Origin: Gemmatimonadota bacterium
GTDB taxonomy: Bacteria > Gemmatimonadota > Gemmatimonadetes > Gemmatimonadales > GWC2-71-9
Reading direction: 5' to 3'
Assembly (NCBI GenBank): GCA_046726475.1
Contig: JBKPAO010000123.1
Coordinates: forward strand, 18,133 to 82,132
DNA length: 64,000 nucleotides
Part shown: piece by piece, positions 46,221 through 54,518 of the stretch
Layout: every line of letters begins with the position of its first letter
How positions within the stretch are numbered: the first letter of the stretch is position 1
Made by a program: the position numbers and the translations under genes
Notes under the pieces: model-generated
Told to the model about the DNA's origin: nothing
Seen by the model: only the letters and a program-made list of their open reading frames with translations
Databases searched by the model: none

Positions 46221-47678
46221 TCACGCACAGTAGAGCACTACCGTCGCGTGGTGGTCGAGACCCAGCTCCCTGGCTCGACGGACGGCGTCCTCCGGCGGAA
46301 GCCGAATCGCGCCGGCAGCCTTGAGATTGTCGGCGGCGTGGCTCCGCTCGGTGCGCACGTCGGCCAGAATCACTGGCTCGCCCGAGTCGCGGAGTTGCTG
46401 TAGCTCGCCGAGCGTGATGCGCTCGGGGACCCGGACATCGGGATCCGGCTGAGTCGTGACCGGAGCGGCGCTAATCTCCGTTGCTTCAGTGAGCGAGCCC
46501 TCGGTCTTACTGAGGAACAGGGCGATCCCGGTGCCGTGGAGCGCCACCGAAAGCAGTACCACCAGACTGGTGATCGCGAAGAGTCGGTCGCTGCCCTGCA
46601 CGCCGGCGAACACCGGCAGCAGGATCAGCAGCAGCGAGCTGAGCCCTCGCGGACCCCCGATCCAGGCGATGATCCGGCGAGTGCGCACGTCGAAGCCCTC
46701 GCGCGCCAGCACCGGCAGCAGCACCACGGACCGCATGACCAGCGCGACCAGGGCAAAGAGCAGCGTGCGCCCGTCGGCGACGTTGACCCCCCTCCAGATG
46801 AGCCCGGCGCCGAACGCGACGAAGGTGAACAGCAGAAACATCTCGGCGGTGGCCTGACCATAGTCGAGGAAGCAGTCGCACAGCTCCACGTCCAGCTTGG
46901 CAATGACCACGCCCGCCGCGAATGCAGCCAGGAACCCGCTTCCGCCCACCGACTCGGCCGCGGCATAGGCAGTGAACGCGACGCCGAGCGCGTAGAGCGA
47001 TTCGTAGTCGCGCCGGACCCCGATCCGCTTTCGCACCTGCTCCAACAGAGTTATCGCGACGAAACCGGCGAGGGCGCCGAGTCCTGGACCGAGCAGGAAG
47101 AGTCCCACCGCATGGCGGCTGAATTCTGAAGCGCCGTCGCTGGTAGTCAGCCCTAGGATGCTCAACACGATGATCGGCAACAGCACCACGTCGTTGATCC
47201 CGCCCTCCAGGCGGAGCCCCTCGCGCACCGCGGGCGGGAGACTGGACCGCCGGATCAGATTCCGGAGCATCACCGGATCGGTCGAGGCCAGCGCCGCCCC
47301 GAGCATGGTGGCGTGGAGGGGTTGGAGACCGAGCAGCAGCCACGCAGCCACCCCGATGAGCACGGCCGGGATCAGTGTCCCCGGACCCAGGATCAAGAGC
47401 AGCAATCGCCGTGGCCGCCTGATCTCTCTCAGATCCATGGCGATGGCATCGGTGAACAGAACCAGCACCAGACCGAGCGTCGCGATCCACTCGAGCGTGG
47501 GCGACCCGAGTGTGAGGTTTACGAGGTTGAGCCCGGCGGGGCCGAGCACTGCGCCGAGCAGCAGGAAGATGGCGACTTGGGGAACTCCGGTGCGCTCGAT
47601 CAGCCCGGAGAGGAGTGACGAGACCAGGATGACGATCCCGATCAGCGCGAGTGCGGAGGCGAGCGATTCGGGAGACAT
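46221..47678 (-). CDS. CPA1-family cation/proton antiporter with a C-terminal rhodanese domain (ORF as delimited by the in-frame TGA)
   Basis: The N-terminal ~400 aa is a Na+/H+-exchanger-type membrane domain (...TGVPQVAIFLLLGAVLGP..., ATDPV...). The C-terminus ILADVRTE.....L.AAGAIRLP...........HHATVVLYCA stops exactly in the rhodanese active-site loop. Confidence 0.85.
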   Translation of the reverse strand: MSPESLASALALIGIVILVSSLLSGLIERTGVPQVAIFLLLGAVLGPAGLNLVNLTLGSPTLEWIATLGLVLVLFTDAIAMDLREIRRPRRLLLLILGPGTLIPAVLIGVAAWLLLGLQPLHATMLGAALASTDPVMLRNLIRRSSLPPAVREGLRLEGGINDVVLLPIIVLSILGLTTSDGASEFSRHAVGLFLLGPGLGALAGFVAITLLEQVRKRIGVRRDYESLYALGVAFTAYAAAESVGGSGFLAAFAAGVVIAKLDVELCDCFLDYGQATAEMFLLFTFVAFGAGLIWRGVNVADGRTLLFALVALVMRSVVLLPVLAREGFDVRTRRIIAWIGGPRGLSSLLLILLPVFAGVQGSDRLFAITSLVVLLSVALHGTGIALFLSKTEGSLTEATEISAAPVTTQPDPDVRVPERITLGELQQLRDSGEPVILADVRTERSHAADNLKAAGAIRLPPEDAVRRARELGLDHHATVVLYCA

Positions 47679-47692
47679 GCGGGAAGTATGTC

Positions 47693-47719
47693 GGAGCTAA
47701 GAGCTAGGAGCTAGGAGCC
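47693..47719. repeat. Tandem GGAGCTA heptamer array (single arm)
   Basis: GGAGCTAA GAGCTAG GAGCTAG GAGCC, followed by the palindrome ATGACT-CCTC-AGTCAT. It lies in the divergent region between the two antiporter genes. Confidence 0.85.
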
Positions 47720-47775
47720 AACAGCGATGACTCCTCAGTCATTGCGGGGCCGTGAGCGGTCCGCTAACCTCGCGC

Positions 47776-49254
47776 ATGACCCACGAACCGGAAGCTACCG
47801 CTCTTCTCCTCGCCACTTGCGGCCTGCTCCTCGGCGTCAGCGTCGTCTTCAGCCGAGCCTCGCAGCGAACCGGCATTCCAATCGCGCTCTTGTTCATCGT
47901 GGTTGGGATGCTCGCCGGCTCCGAAGGTGTGGGCCGCATTGCCTTCGACGACTACCGATTCGCCTTTCGGCTGGGGACCGTTGCCCTAGCGCTGATTCTG
48001 TTCGATGGCGGACTCAACACTCCCCTGCAGACCGTACGAAAGGCGGCGGCTCCCGCCGGTGTGCTCGCCACCGTCGGCGTGGCCGGTACCGCCGTGCTGG
48101 TCGCCGTCGTCGCGCACGCCCTGGGGCTGAGCTGGCCCGAGGCGCTCCTTCTCGGAGCGGTGGTCTCATCCACCGATGCCGCCGCCGTCTTCGCTGTGCT
48201 TCGGGGCAGCGGTCTCCAGCTCAAGCGCCGGGTCGGGGTCACGCTCGAGGTCGAATCCGGCATCAACGATCCGGTCGCCGTCATCCTCACCACGACACTG
48301 ACTCAGAACTTGCTCTCCCCCGGGGCGGCATCAGGAATCCGGATCGTGATCGAAGTCCTGGTCCAGCTTCTGGTCGGGACCGTGGTGGGCATTGCGATCG
48401 GCCACGGTGGACGGCAGCTCCTCGCCCGGTTGAGTCTCCGGACGGGCGGCCTCTATCCCGTCGTGAGCCTGGCGCTGGCGCTATTTGCCTTCGGAGCCGG
48501 CACGCTGCTGCACGGAAGCGGCTTCCTCGCAGTGTATCTCGCGGGCCTGGTGCTCGGAAACGGCCCGCTACCGTATCACACCGGGCTTCTCCGGGTGCAC
48601 GACGCGCTCGCCTGGCTCAGCCAGGTCGGGATGTTTCTCATACTCGGTCTCCTGGTGTATCCCTCCCGCCTACTCGACGTGGCCTGGATTGGACTCGGCA
48701 TTGCGGCGCTGCTCGCCTTCTTCATCCGACCGCTGGTCGTGGCGTTTTGTCTCCTGCCGTTTCGCTATCCTTGGAACGAGGTGTTCTACATAGGGTGGGT
48801 AGGACTCCGCGGTGCGGTGCCGATCGTGCTGGCGACGTTCCCCGTGCTGGCGGGCGCTCCCGGCGCGGATCGACTCTTCGACTTGGTCTTCTTCATCGTG
48901 GTCGCGACCGCCCTGGTTCCCGGCGCCACGGTTGCGTGGGTGACCCGAAGGCTCGGTCTTCAGAGCAAGCAGCCGCCAGCCCCCCAGCCGGTGCTGGCGA
49001 TCGAGTCGCGCCAGCCGCTCCAGGGCGAGCTCATGTCCTTCTATATAGATGAAGCGCTGGTAGTGGCAGGGATGGCGGTGGAGGAGCTGTCGCTGCCGGA
49101 GGGCGCGGCGGTGACGCTGATTGTGCGGCACAATCGTCTACTGCCACCGATAGCAGGAACCGCGCTCGAACCGGGCGATCACGTCCACCTGATCGCACAG
49201 CCGGAAGACCGCGGGTTCATTCAACTGATGTTCGGAAGGCCCGAGGAGGAATAG
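47776..49254 (+). CDS. nhaP2: K+/H+ antiporter NhaP2-like (CPA1) with a C-terminal TrkA-C domain
   Basis: ...SRASQRTGIPIALLFIVVGMLAGSEGVG.I.FDDY......G..AL..ILF.GGL.T, and the C-terminal part EL.LPEGA.V.LI.R......P...T.LE.GD.V.L. The start is ATG 47776, or GTG 47752 as in the track. Confidence 0.85.
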   Translation: MTHEPEATALLLATCGLLLGVSVVFSRASQRTGIPIALLFIVVGMLAGSEGVGRIAFDDYRFAFRLGTVALALILFDGGLNTPLQTVRKAAAPAGVLATVGVAGTAVLVAVVAHALGLSWPEALLLGAVVSSTDAAAVFAVLRGSGLQLKRRVGVTLEVESGINDPVAVILTTTLTQNLLSPGAASGIRIVIEVLVQLLVGTVVGIAIGHGGRQLLARLSLRTGGLYPVVSLALALFAFGAGTLLHGSGFLAVYLAGLVLGNGPLPYHTGLLRVHDALAWLSQVGMFLILGLLVYPSRLLDVAWIGLGIAALLAFFIRPLVVAFCLLPFRYPWNEVFYIGWVGLRGAVPIVLATFPVLAGAPGADRLFDLVFFIVVATALVPGATVAWVTRRLGLQSKQPPAPQPVLAIESRQPLQGELMSFYIDEALVVAGMAVEELSLPEGAAVTLIVRHNRLLPPIAGTALEPGDHVHLIAQPEDRGFIQLMFGRPEEE

Positions 49255-49276
49255 TTCGTCTTCCACTGGAGGACCG

Positions 49277-49690
49277 ATGAAAATTCACCGTTCTCTGCTG
49301 GCAATCATGGTCTTCAATGTTCTGCTCCTCTTGATCTCGGTGAATTGGACTGGCGCCGTCGCGGCGCGAGGGGTCGCACCGGTGCTCCGGGGGCGTGGGC
49401 TCGAGATCGTGGATGAGAGAGGCCGAGTTCGCGCCAGCATAACCATCTTGCCGGCTGACTCAACCGCGAAGATGCCGGATGGCACAACCGGGTATCCTGA
49501 GACGGTCCTACTCCGGCTGATCACGTCGGAAGGGCGACCCAACGTGAAGATCGGGACTGGTGCGAAAGGCGCCGGAATGCTTATCGCCGGCGAAGACGAC
49601 CCGACCTACGTTCAGATTCTCGCGGAAGGTCCCAGAACGACGCTGAAATTGAGCGACAAAGACGGACGGGTACGCGTTCTCAGGCCGTAG
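49277..49690 (+). CDS. Hypothetical membrane-anchored/secreted protein
   Basis: A GGAGGA RBS precedes ATG 49277. The N-terminal TM segment is LLAIMVFNVLLLLISV. No family recognised. Confidence 0.5.
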   Translation: MKIHRSLLAIMVFNVLLLLISVNWTGAVAARGVAPVLRGRGLEIVDERGRVRASITILPADSTAKMPDGTTGYPETVLLRLITSEGRPNVKIGTGAKGAGMLIAGEDDPTYVQILAEGPRTTLKLSDKDGRVRVLRP

Positions 49691-49727
49691 TTAGTCGGAG
49701 CCGGCCTTCATTGAGGCACTCCGCCCT

Positions 49728-50225
49728 CTACGGTGCCGCGGTCACGAAGGGATCCAGGAAAGCAGAGCGGACTGCGGGCTCCTCCTGCAGCCGATCGATC
49801 ATGCCCTTCAGCCGGCTCAATTCCCCGCTTTCGAGGACTTGAACCGCGTAGAACCCGTCGGCCGATCCTGCCGGCATGCGCCACCCTCCAACTACCCGTC
49901 CGCAGACCGCCGCCACCGCCCGCCCGCGATCCGACGCGCTCGAGCCCGGCCGAAACCGCACCGCGATGACGTGCTTTCGATAGGTGTTGGACCGGCTGCT
50001 GTCATCCGAGAACCACCGGGGCACCGTGTCCGGCGGGAGCGATGGCACCTCCGCCCGGGCACAGGAATCAGCGGGACTCACTCCACCCTCGCTCTCCGAC
50101 GTCACCGAGGACGGAGCAAAGGCCTGGAGGGCAAGCACGAGAGCCAGGGGAGCAACGGTTACCATGCGTCGAATCAGGACGACGCCAGAATTGTGGCCGG
50201 GTGCAGCCAGCAGTCGGTTAATCAT
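49728..50225 (-). CDS. Hypothetical secreted protein
   Basis: Signal-like segment MVTVAPLALVLALQAFA. The start is uncertain (ATG 50225, 50165, or the track's 50321). Confidence 0.4.
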   Translation of the reverse strand: MINRLLAAPGHNSGVVLIRRMVTVAPLALVLALQAFAPSSVTSESEGGVSPADSCARAEVPSLPPDTVPRWFSDDSSRSNTYRKHVIAVRFRPGSSASDRGRAVAAVCGRVVGGWRMPAGSADGFYAVQVLESGELSRLKGMIDRLQEEPAVRSAFLDPFVTAAP

Positions 50226-50481
50226 CGAGCGTTTCGGCTGTAGGAGAGGAGGCGAGAATCTAACGTGAGACCCTTCAACTGGCCACGGGATTGCGCTTTC
50301 CCCGGATGCAATGCTCTGCACATCTATTTCTGCGGCCCTTGGGAATGCAGGATGCGTTCGGCAATCTCTCTTGCGCGTGCCATGGTGAGTCTCGTCCGTT
50401 GGTCAACCGCAAGCGGATGCTCGGTGGGTTCTAGCCACTCGAAGCCAAAGAGGTGAGTCAGGCTGCTATGGTCGAGGGGCT

Positions 50482-52611
50482 TCAGTGGGTCGCCCGAGTC
50501 AGGCCCAGCTGCGCGGCAACGAAGGCCCACACGTCGGTCCACTCCGCGATGGCGCCCGATGCCGAGGCGTAGCCGTGGCTCGCGTCACTGGCCACTCGCA
50601 GCAGAACCGGCCGGTCGCAGCCCTGCGCCGCCTGCAACGTGGCTGCGAACTTGTATGCGTGGCTCGGCACCACCCGATCGTCGTGGTCGCCGGTGAGGAG
50701 CAGCGTCGCCGGATAACAGACTCCCGCCCGTACGTGCTGCAGTGGTGAGTACGCCCGTAGCCAGCGGAAGGCGACGGGATCGTCGGGGGAGCCGTATTCC
50801 GGTATCCAGCCTGCCCCCACCGTGAATTTGTGAAACCGCAGCATGTCGTAGTGACCCGCGTTCGCCACCGCGACGGCGAACAGATCGGGACGCTGGGTCA
50901 GCACGGCACCGATGAGCAGGCCGCCGTTAGAATGGCCGTAGATCGCGAGCCGCCGGGGAGAGGTGTAGCCCTCGTGAACCAGGTACTCGGCCGCAGCAAT
51001 GAAGTCGTCGAAGCTCTGCTGCTTCCGCGCGAGGCTACCGGCCAGGTGCCACGCCTCCCCGTACTCACCGCCACCACGGATGTTGGCCACCGCATAGATC
51101 CCGCCCGCCTCGAGCAACCACGGTACTTGCGACTCATAGCTTGGCTGCTGCACGCTACCGAACCCACCGTAGCCGGTGAGCATCACGGGATGGGTTCCGT
51201 CGAGCTGGAGTCCCTTCCGCGCGGTGATGAACATCGGCACCCGAGTGCCGTCATTCGACCGGTAGAACACCTGGCGGGTCTCGTACCCCGCGGGATCGAA
51301 CGAAACATGAGGAGGCTGGAACGGCACGGTCACGCCGCTCCTGAGATCGTCGTAGAAGACAGTGGTCGGCGTGAGGAAGGAAGTAAATGCGTAGAGCAGC
51401 TCCGGTGCCGAGGCTCGGCCGTTGAGCGGCCACTCCACCGCACCGAGGCTGGGCAGCCGCACCTCGCCCAGGGGCCGGCCGTCCAGCGTGAACCGGCGCA
51501 GCCGGCTGGTGACGTCCACGAGATAATGGAGGGCGAGGCCATGTCCCGCGACGGTGGCGGTCTCGATCACGTCCTTGCCTTCCGGGATCACCGGGCGGGC
51601 GCGGGCTCGCGAGCCGTCCGTTAGGGTGAGGGCAACGACGCGCCCACGCGGCGCGTCCAGGTCGGTGAGCACGTAGAGGGTGTCGCCCACCGTACCCAGC
51701 GGCGTATGCCCGGCCTCGCGATTGCCGAGCAGTGGCACCAGCGGCGCTGCGAGATTGGGCGAGCGGGGTTGCCCGAGATCCATGGCGTACATCCACGAGG
51801 CGGCACCGCGCTCCGCCACGGCCAACGCCCAGCGTCCGTCGTCGCTCAGCATGCAGTAGAGCCAGCGATAGTTGTCGGTCCACCGGCGCAGCAGGGTATC
51901 CGCCGACTGCGGCCGGCCGAGCCGGTGGTACCAGAGTTGCTTTTCCACTCGCGCTGCGTCCGCTGTCGCGCCCGGTTGGGCCGCAGGCGGCCGCATATAG
52001 AAGAAGCCGCCCCCATCGAAGGTCCAGCATGCGTTGCTCCAGGTGCCGCGGACCACGTCCGCCCGGTCGCGGCCCGTGCTCAGGTCGCGCACGTGCGTCT
52101 CGCCCGCGTCGGCGCCACCGGGCGAAGTCGAATAGGAGAGCCAACGTCCATCGGGGGAGACCGCGAAGTCGCTCACCGCGGTCGAGCCGTGCGCCGAAAT
52201 TTTCTGGGGGTCGAGCACAACCACCGGCGGTGCACCGATCCCACGTCGGGAGTAGAGCACCGACTGCGGTCGGCCGCCCGGGTTCTCCAGGTAAAAGAGG
52301 CGGCCGGCTTCCCGCCACGGAACTTCGGTGCGGCTGGAACTCCACAGCGACTCTAGACGCCGCCCGATGGCGTCGCGTCCGGGCAGGCGATCGAGCCGCT
52401 CGCGCGTGAGCCGACTCTGGGACTCGATCCATGCTTTGGTCGCTGGATCGTCGAGCCGCTCGAGCCAGCGGTAGGGATCGGCGACCTTGATACCGTGGTA
52501 GTCGGCAACGACGGTGTCACGCCGGGTGGCGGGATAGCCCGGCGACTGAGCGACGGCCGCGGATCGTATTGGAATTGCGAGGAGCACCAGCGAGGTGATG
52601 GCGAAACGCAC
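50482..52611 (-). CDS. Prolyl oligopeptidase (S9A family), secreted
   Basis: The N-terminus YHG..V.DPYRWLE...DP....W...Q, a beta-propeller middle, and a catalytic domain with GHSNGGLL (Ser nucleophile), ...GDHDDRV and ...HG. A signal peptide is present. Confidence 0.9.
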   Translation of the reverse strand: MRFAITSLVLLAIPIRSAAVAQSPGYPATRRDTVVADYHGIKVADPYRWLERLDDPATKAWIESQSRLTRERLDRLPGRDAIGRRLESLWSSSRTEVPWREAGRLFYLENPGGRPQSVLYSRRGIGAPPVVVLDPQKISAHGSTAVSDFAVSPDGRWLSYSTSPGGADAGETHVRDLSTGRDRADVVRGTWSNACWTFDGGGFFYMRPPAAQPGATADAARVEKQLWYHRLGRPQSADTLLRRWTDNYRWLYCMLSDDGRWALAVAERGAASWMYAMDLGQPRSPNLAAPLVPLLGNREAGHTPLGTVGDTLYVLTDLDAPRGRVVALTLTDGSRARARPVIPEGKDVIETATVAGHGLALHYLVDVTSRLRRFTLDGRPLGEVRLPSLGAVEWPLNGRASAPELLYAFTSFLTPTTVFYDDLRSGVTVPFQPPHVSFDPAGYETRQVFYRSNDGTRVPMFITARKGLQLDGTHPVMLTGYGGFGSVQQPSYESQVPWLLEAGGIYAVANIRGGGEYGEAWHLAGSLARKQQSFDDFIAAAEYLVHEGYTSPRRLAIYGHSNGGLLIGAVLTQRPDLFAVAVANAGHYDMLRFHKFTVGAGWIPEYGSPDDPVAFRWLRAYSPLQHVRAGVCYPATLLLTGDHDDRVVPSHAYKFAATLQAAQGCDRPVLLRVASDASHGYASASGAIAEWTDVWAFVAAQLGLTRATH

Positions 52612-53034
52612 CTAGGGTGTGCCCTCATCGGTGAGCACCCGGATCCCGGGAGTGGAGCCGAGCACCTGCCACACCCGACGACGCAACCGGGTAAGCGCCT
52701 CCTTGTTCGGCTTGTGGAACAGTCGCTTGACCACATTGAGTCCGGGATCGTAGGCGACCGACACCGACCATTCCGCCGGCTCTTCTGTAGGGCCCTCGCC
52801 GCAGAATGACAGCGCGACCCAGAACGGGTCCTGGCCATGCGTTGCCCAGAAACCCCAGCCGTAATCCTCCTGGATCGGTTGGGAGAGCTCGAAGCCGGCG
52901 CCGGATAGGTCGGCGACTTGTTCCTTCAACCAGAGAGCGAAGTCTTCGCCGAAACAGCACGGGTTGATGAAATGTGGTTTCACCTCTCGATGCTCGAAGA
53001 GATCGGTTTCCACGGCCATTGATTCGATATCCAT
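52612..53034 (-). CDS. Hypothetical protein
   Basis: 140 aa, acidic and Trp-rich, abutting the prolyl oligopeptidase start with no gap. No family recognised. Confidence 0.45.
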   Translation of the reverse strand: MDIESMAVETDLFEHREVKPHFINPCCFGEDFALWLKEQVADLSGAGFELSQPIQEDYGWGFWATHGQDPFWVALSFCGEGPTEEPAEWSVSVAYDPGLNVVKRLFHKPNKEALTRLRRRVWQVLGSTPGIRVLTDEGTP

Positions 53035-53050
53035 CGTATCAGCCTGGCAG

Positions 53051-53335
53051 TTACAGCCGCGAGGCTCGGGAGAGACTTACTACGGCCGCAACCAGCAGGA
53101 TCAAGAGCACGGGATAGATGAGCAGAAGGTCGATTCGAATGTTGCACTCCCCGCTGCAGAGCCAGCGCTGCTGCATACCCGTTTCGTAAACAAAATAGAG
53201 CAGCCAGAGGATTCCGATTCCTATCGCCGCGCGGCGGCGCGTGCGCCGTCCCAGCACCAGCAGGAATCCGCCGATCACCGCCGCCAGAAACGGGTACGCG
53301 ATGAAGATTGCCATCACGCTCAGGAGCCGATCCAC
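53051..53335 (-). CDS. Hypothetical small membrane protein
   Basis: Three hydrophobic segments. The start is GTG 53335 or ATG 53314. Confidence 0.4.
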   Translation of the reverse strand: MDRLLSVMAIFIAYPFLAAVIGGFLLVLGRRTRRRAAIGIGILWLLYFVYETGMQQRWLCSGECNIRIDLLLIYPVLLILLVAAVVSLSRASRL

Positions 53336-53492
53336 AGCGGACCTCTCCCCTATCGCTGGTTAGCGGTCATTCGAGGGGCGATTCCAGAGGTCTACTGGAG
53401 CCACCCTTACCCACCAGACGGTGCCCGCCGCGTCCTGGAAGCAGAGATGCGATCCCGAGCACCGGCCGGTATCGCACCGAAGCTTGAACGAC

Positions 53493-54518
53493 TCACGGTT
53501 TGAGCACTGTCCACTCGATCTCGTTGAGCAGGTTGCCGACTGATTCCGCAGAGTCGCTGGTGTACGCAAAGCACCCTGGCCCACCATCGGCCGTCACGCC
53601 CTCCAGCCGGCCCACCGTTTCCCGCACCCAGCTGTCCTCGGTGAACGAGCGCCGAAGACAGAAGCGAACCCGGTAGGGCTTGTCCATCTTGAGCGGATGC
53701 AGCTCGCCGGCCTTGACTCGCCGGACGGCGCGGGCCGCAGACTGGCGCAGTAGCCGGTGTACGGTGGCGGGCGGGAGCACTGCGGCCGCCGAACGGGAGA
53801 ACGCTGTCTTGACGGTGACCGTCTCCAGCGGACCCAGCATCTCCCGGGTCTCCGCCGCCAACACGTCGTCACCGCTCGCGAGCGCCATCGGTACTCCCAT
53901 CTCGCCGCCGATGAACCCGGCGATCCCCGCCTCGTTGAGCGGCTTCCCGTTCACCGTAAACGAGTCGAAGGCGAAGTTGTGCGAGATGACGCTGGGACTC
54001 CCCGCGTTCGCGTGCGCGCCGACGATCATCATCGCGTCCACCATCGGGTTCAGTCCGGTGGACATCACGATCGGTTTCGGATAACCGCGGATCAGGATCG
54101 CTTCCGAATCGAGTTTGTCCACCAGAATGTTGCGGAACAGAGTGCCACCGTGCCCCTCATTGACGATGAACTGCGTCGCTCCCGCGCTCCGGGCTCCGGC
54201 GATGAGCGCGTTCACCTCATCAGTCAGCTCCACGCGGAACCGCTCGTGCTGGGGCGACCCGCCTCGGCTCACCGGCCGCATCTCGGTCTGATTCCGCACC
54301 GCCCCGGCCAGCCCCTCCATATCGGCGATGATGTAGACACTGAAGCCACCGCGCTGCATGTCCTGCTCCAGCTTTTGTCGGGCCAGCTGATACTCGGTCA
54401 CCCCAAAAGCCGCTGCGGGCGGCGTAGTGTCCCGAGGCGTGGTGTCGCGCGTTGCCTGGCCTTGCGCCCGACCGGGGAGCAGCAGGAGGAGTGTGGCGAC
54501 GAAGAGCAGGCGGCTCAT
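53493..54518 (-). CDS. M55-family peptidase (DppA/D-aminopeptidase-like), with signal peptide
   Basis: SVYIIADMEGLAGAV...EVNA.I.GAR.AGA..F.VNEGHGG.....N.....L......L.RGYPKP...M.G......A...VGAHA.AG. ATG 54518 overlaps the paralog's stop (ATGA). Confidence 0.8.
   Translation of the reverse strand: MSRLLFVATLLLLLPGRAQGQATRDTTPRDTTPPAAAFGVTEYQLARQKLEQDMQRGGFSVYIIADMEGLAGAVRNQTEMRPVSRGGSPQHERFRVELTDEVNALIAGARSAGATQFIVNEGHGGTLFRNILVDKLDSEAILIRGYPKPIVMSTGLNPMVDAMMIVGAHANAGSPSVISHNFAFDSFTVNGKPLNEAGIAGFIGGEMGVPMALASGDDVLAAETREMLGPLETVTVKTAFSRSAAAVLPPATVHRLLRQSAARAVRRVKAGELHPLKMDKPYRVRFCLRRSFTEDSWVRETVGRLEGVTADGGPGCFAYTSDSAESVGNLLNEIEWTVLKP

Noticed and set aside
45941-46228. 95-aa ORF on the minus strand downstream of the antiporter.
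   Set aside because: It is translated largely from the GGAGCTA heptamer arrays and lies in a different frame from the rhodanese continuation. The rhodanese-frame reading (46071-46220) explains the region far better.
50324-50542. 72-aa ORF in the gap downstream of the prolyl oligopeptidase gene, with the tail ...LFGFEWLEPTEHPLAVDQRTRLTMARAREIAERILHSQGPQK.
   Set aside because: Its 5' part overlaps the 3' end of the peptidase gene. There is no convincing start or RBS in the non-overlapping part and no recognisable family. It may be a gene remnant, but I cannot support a call.
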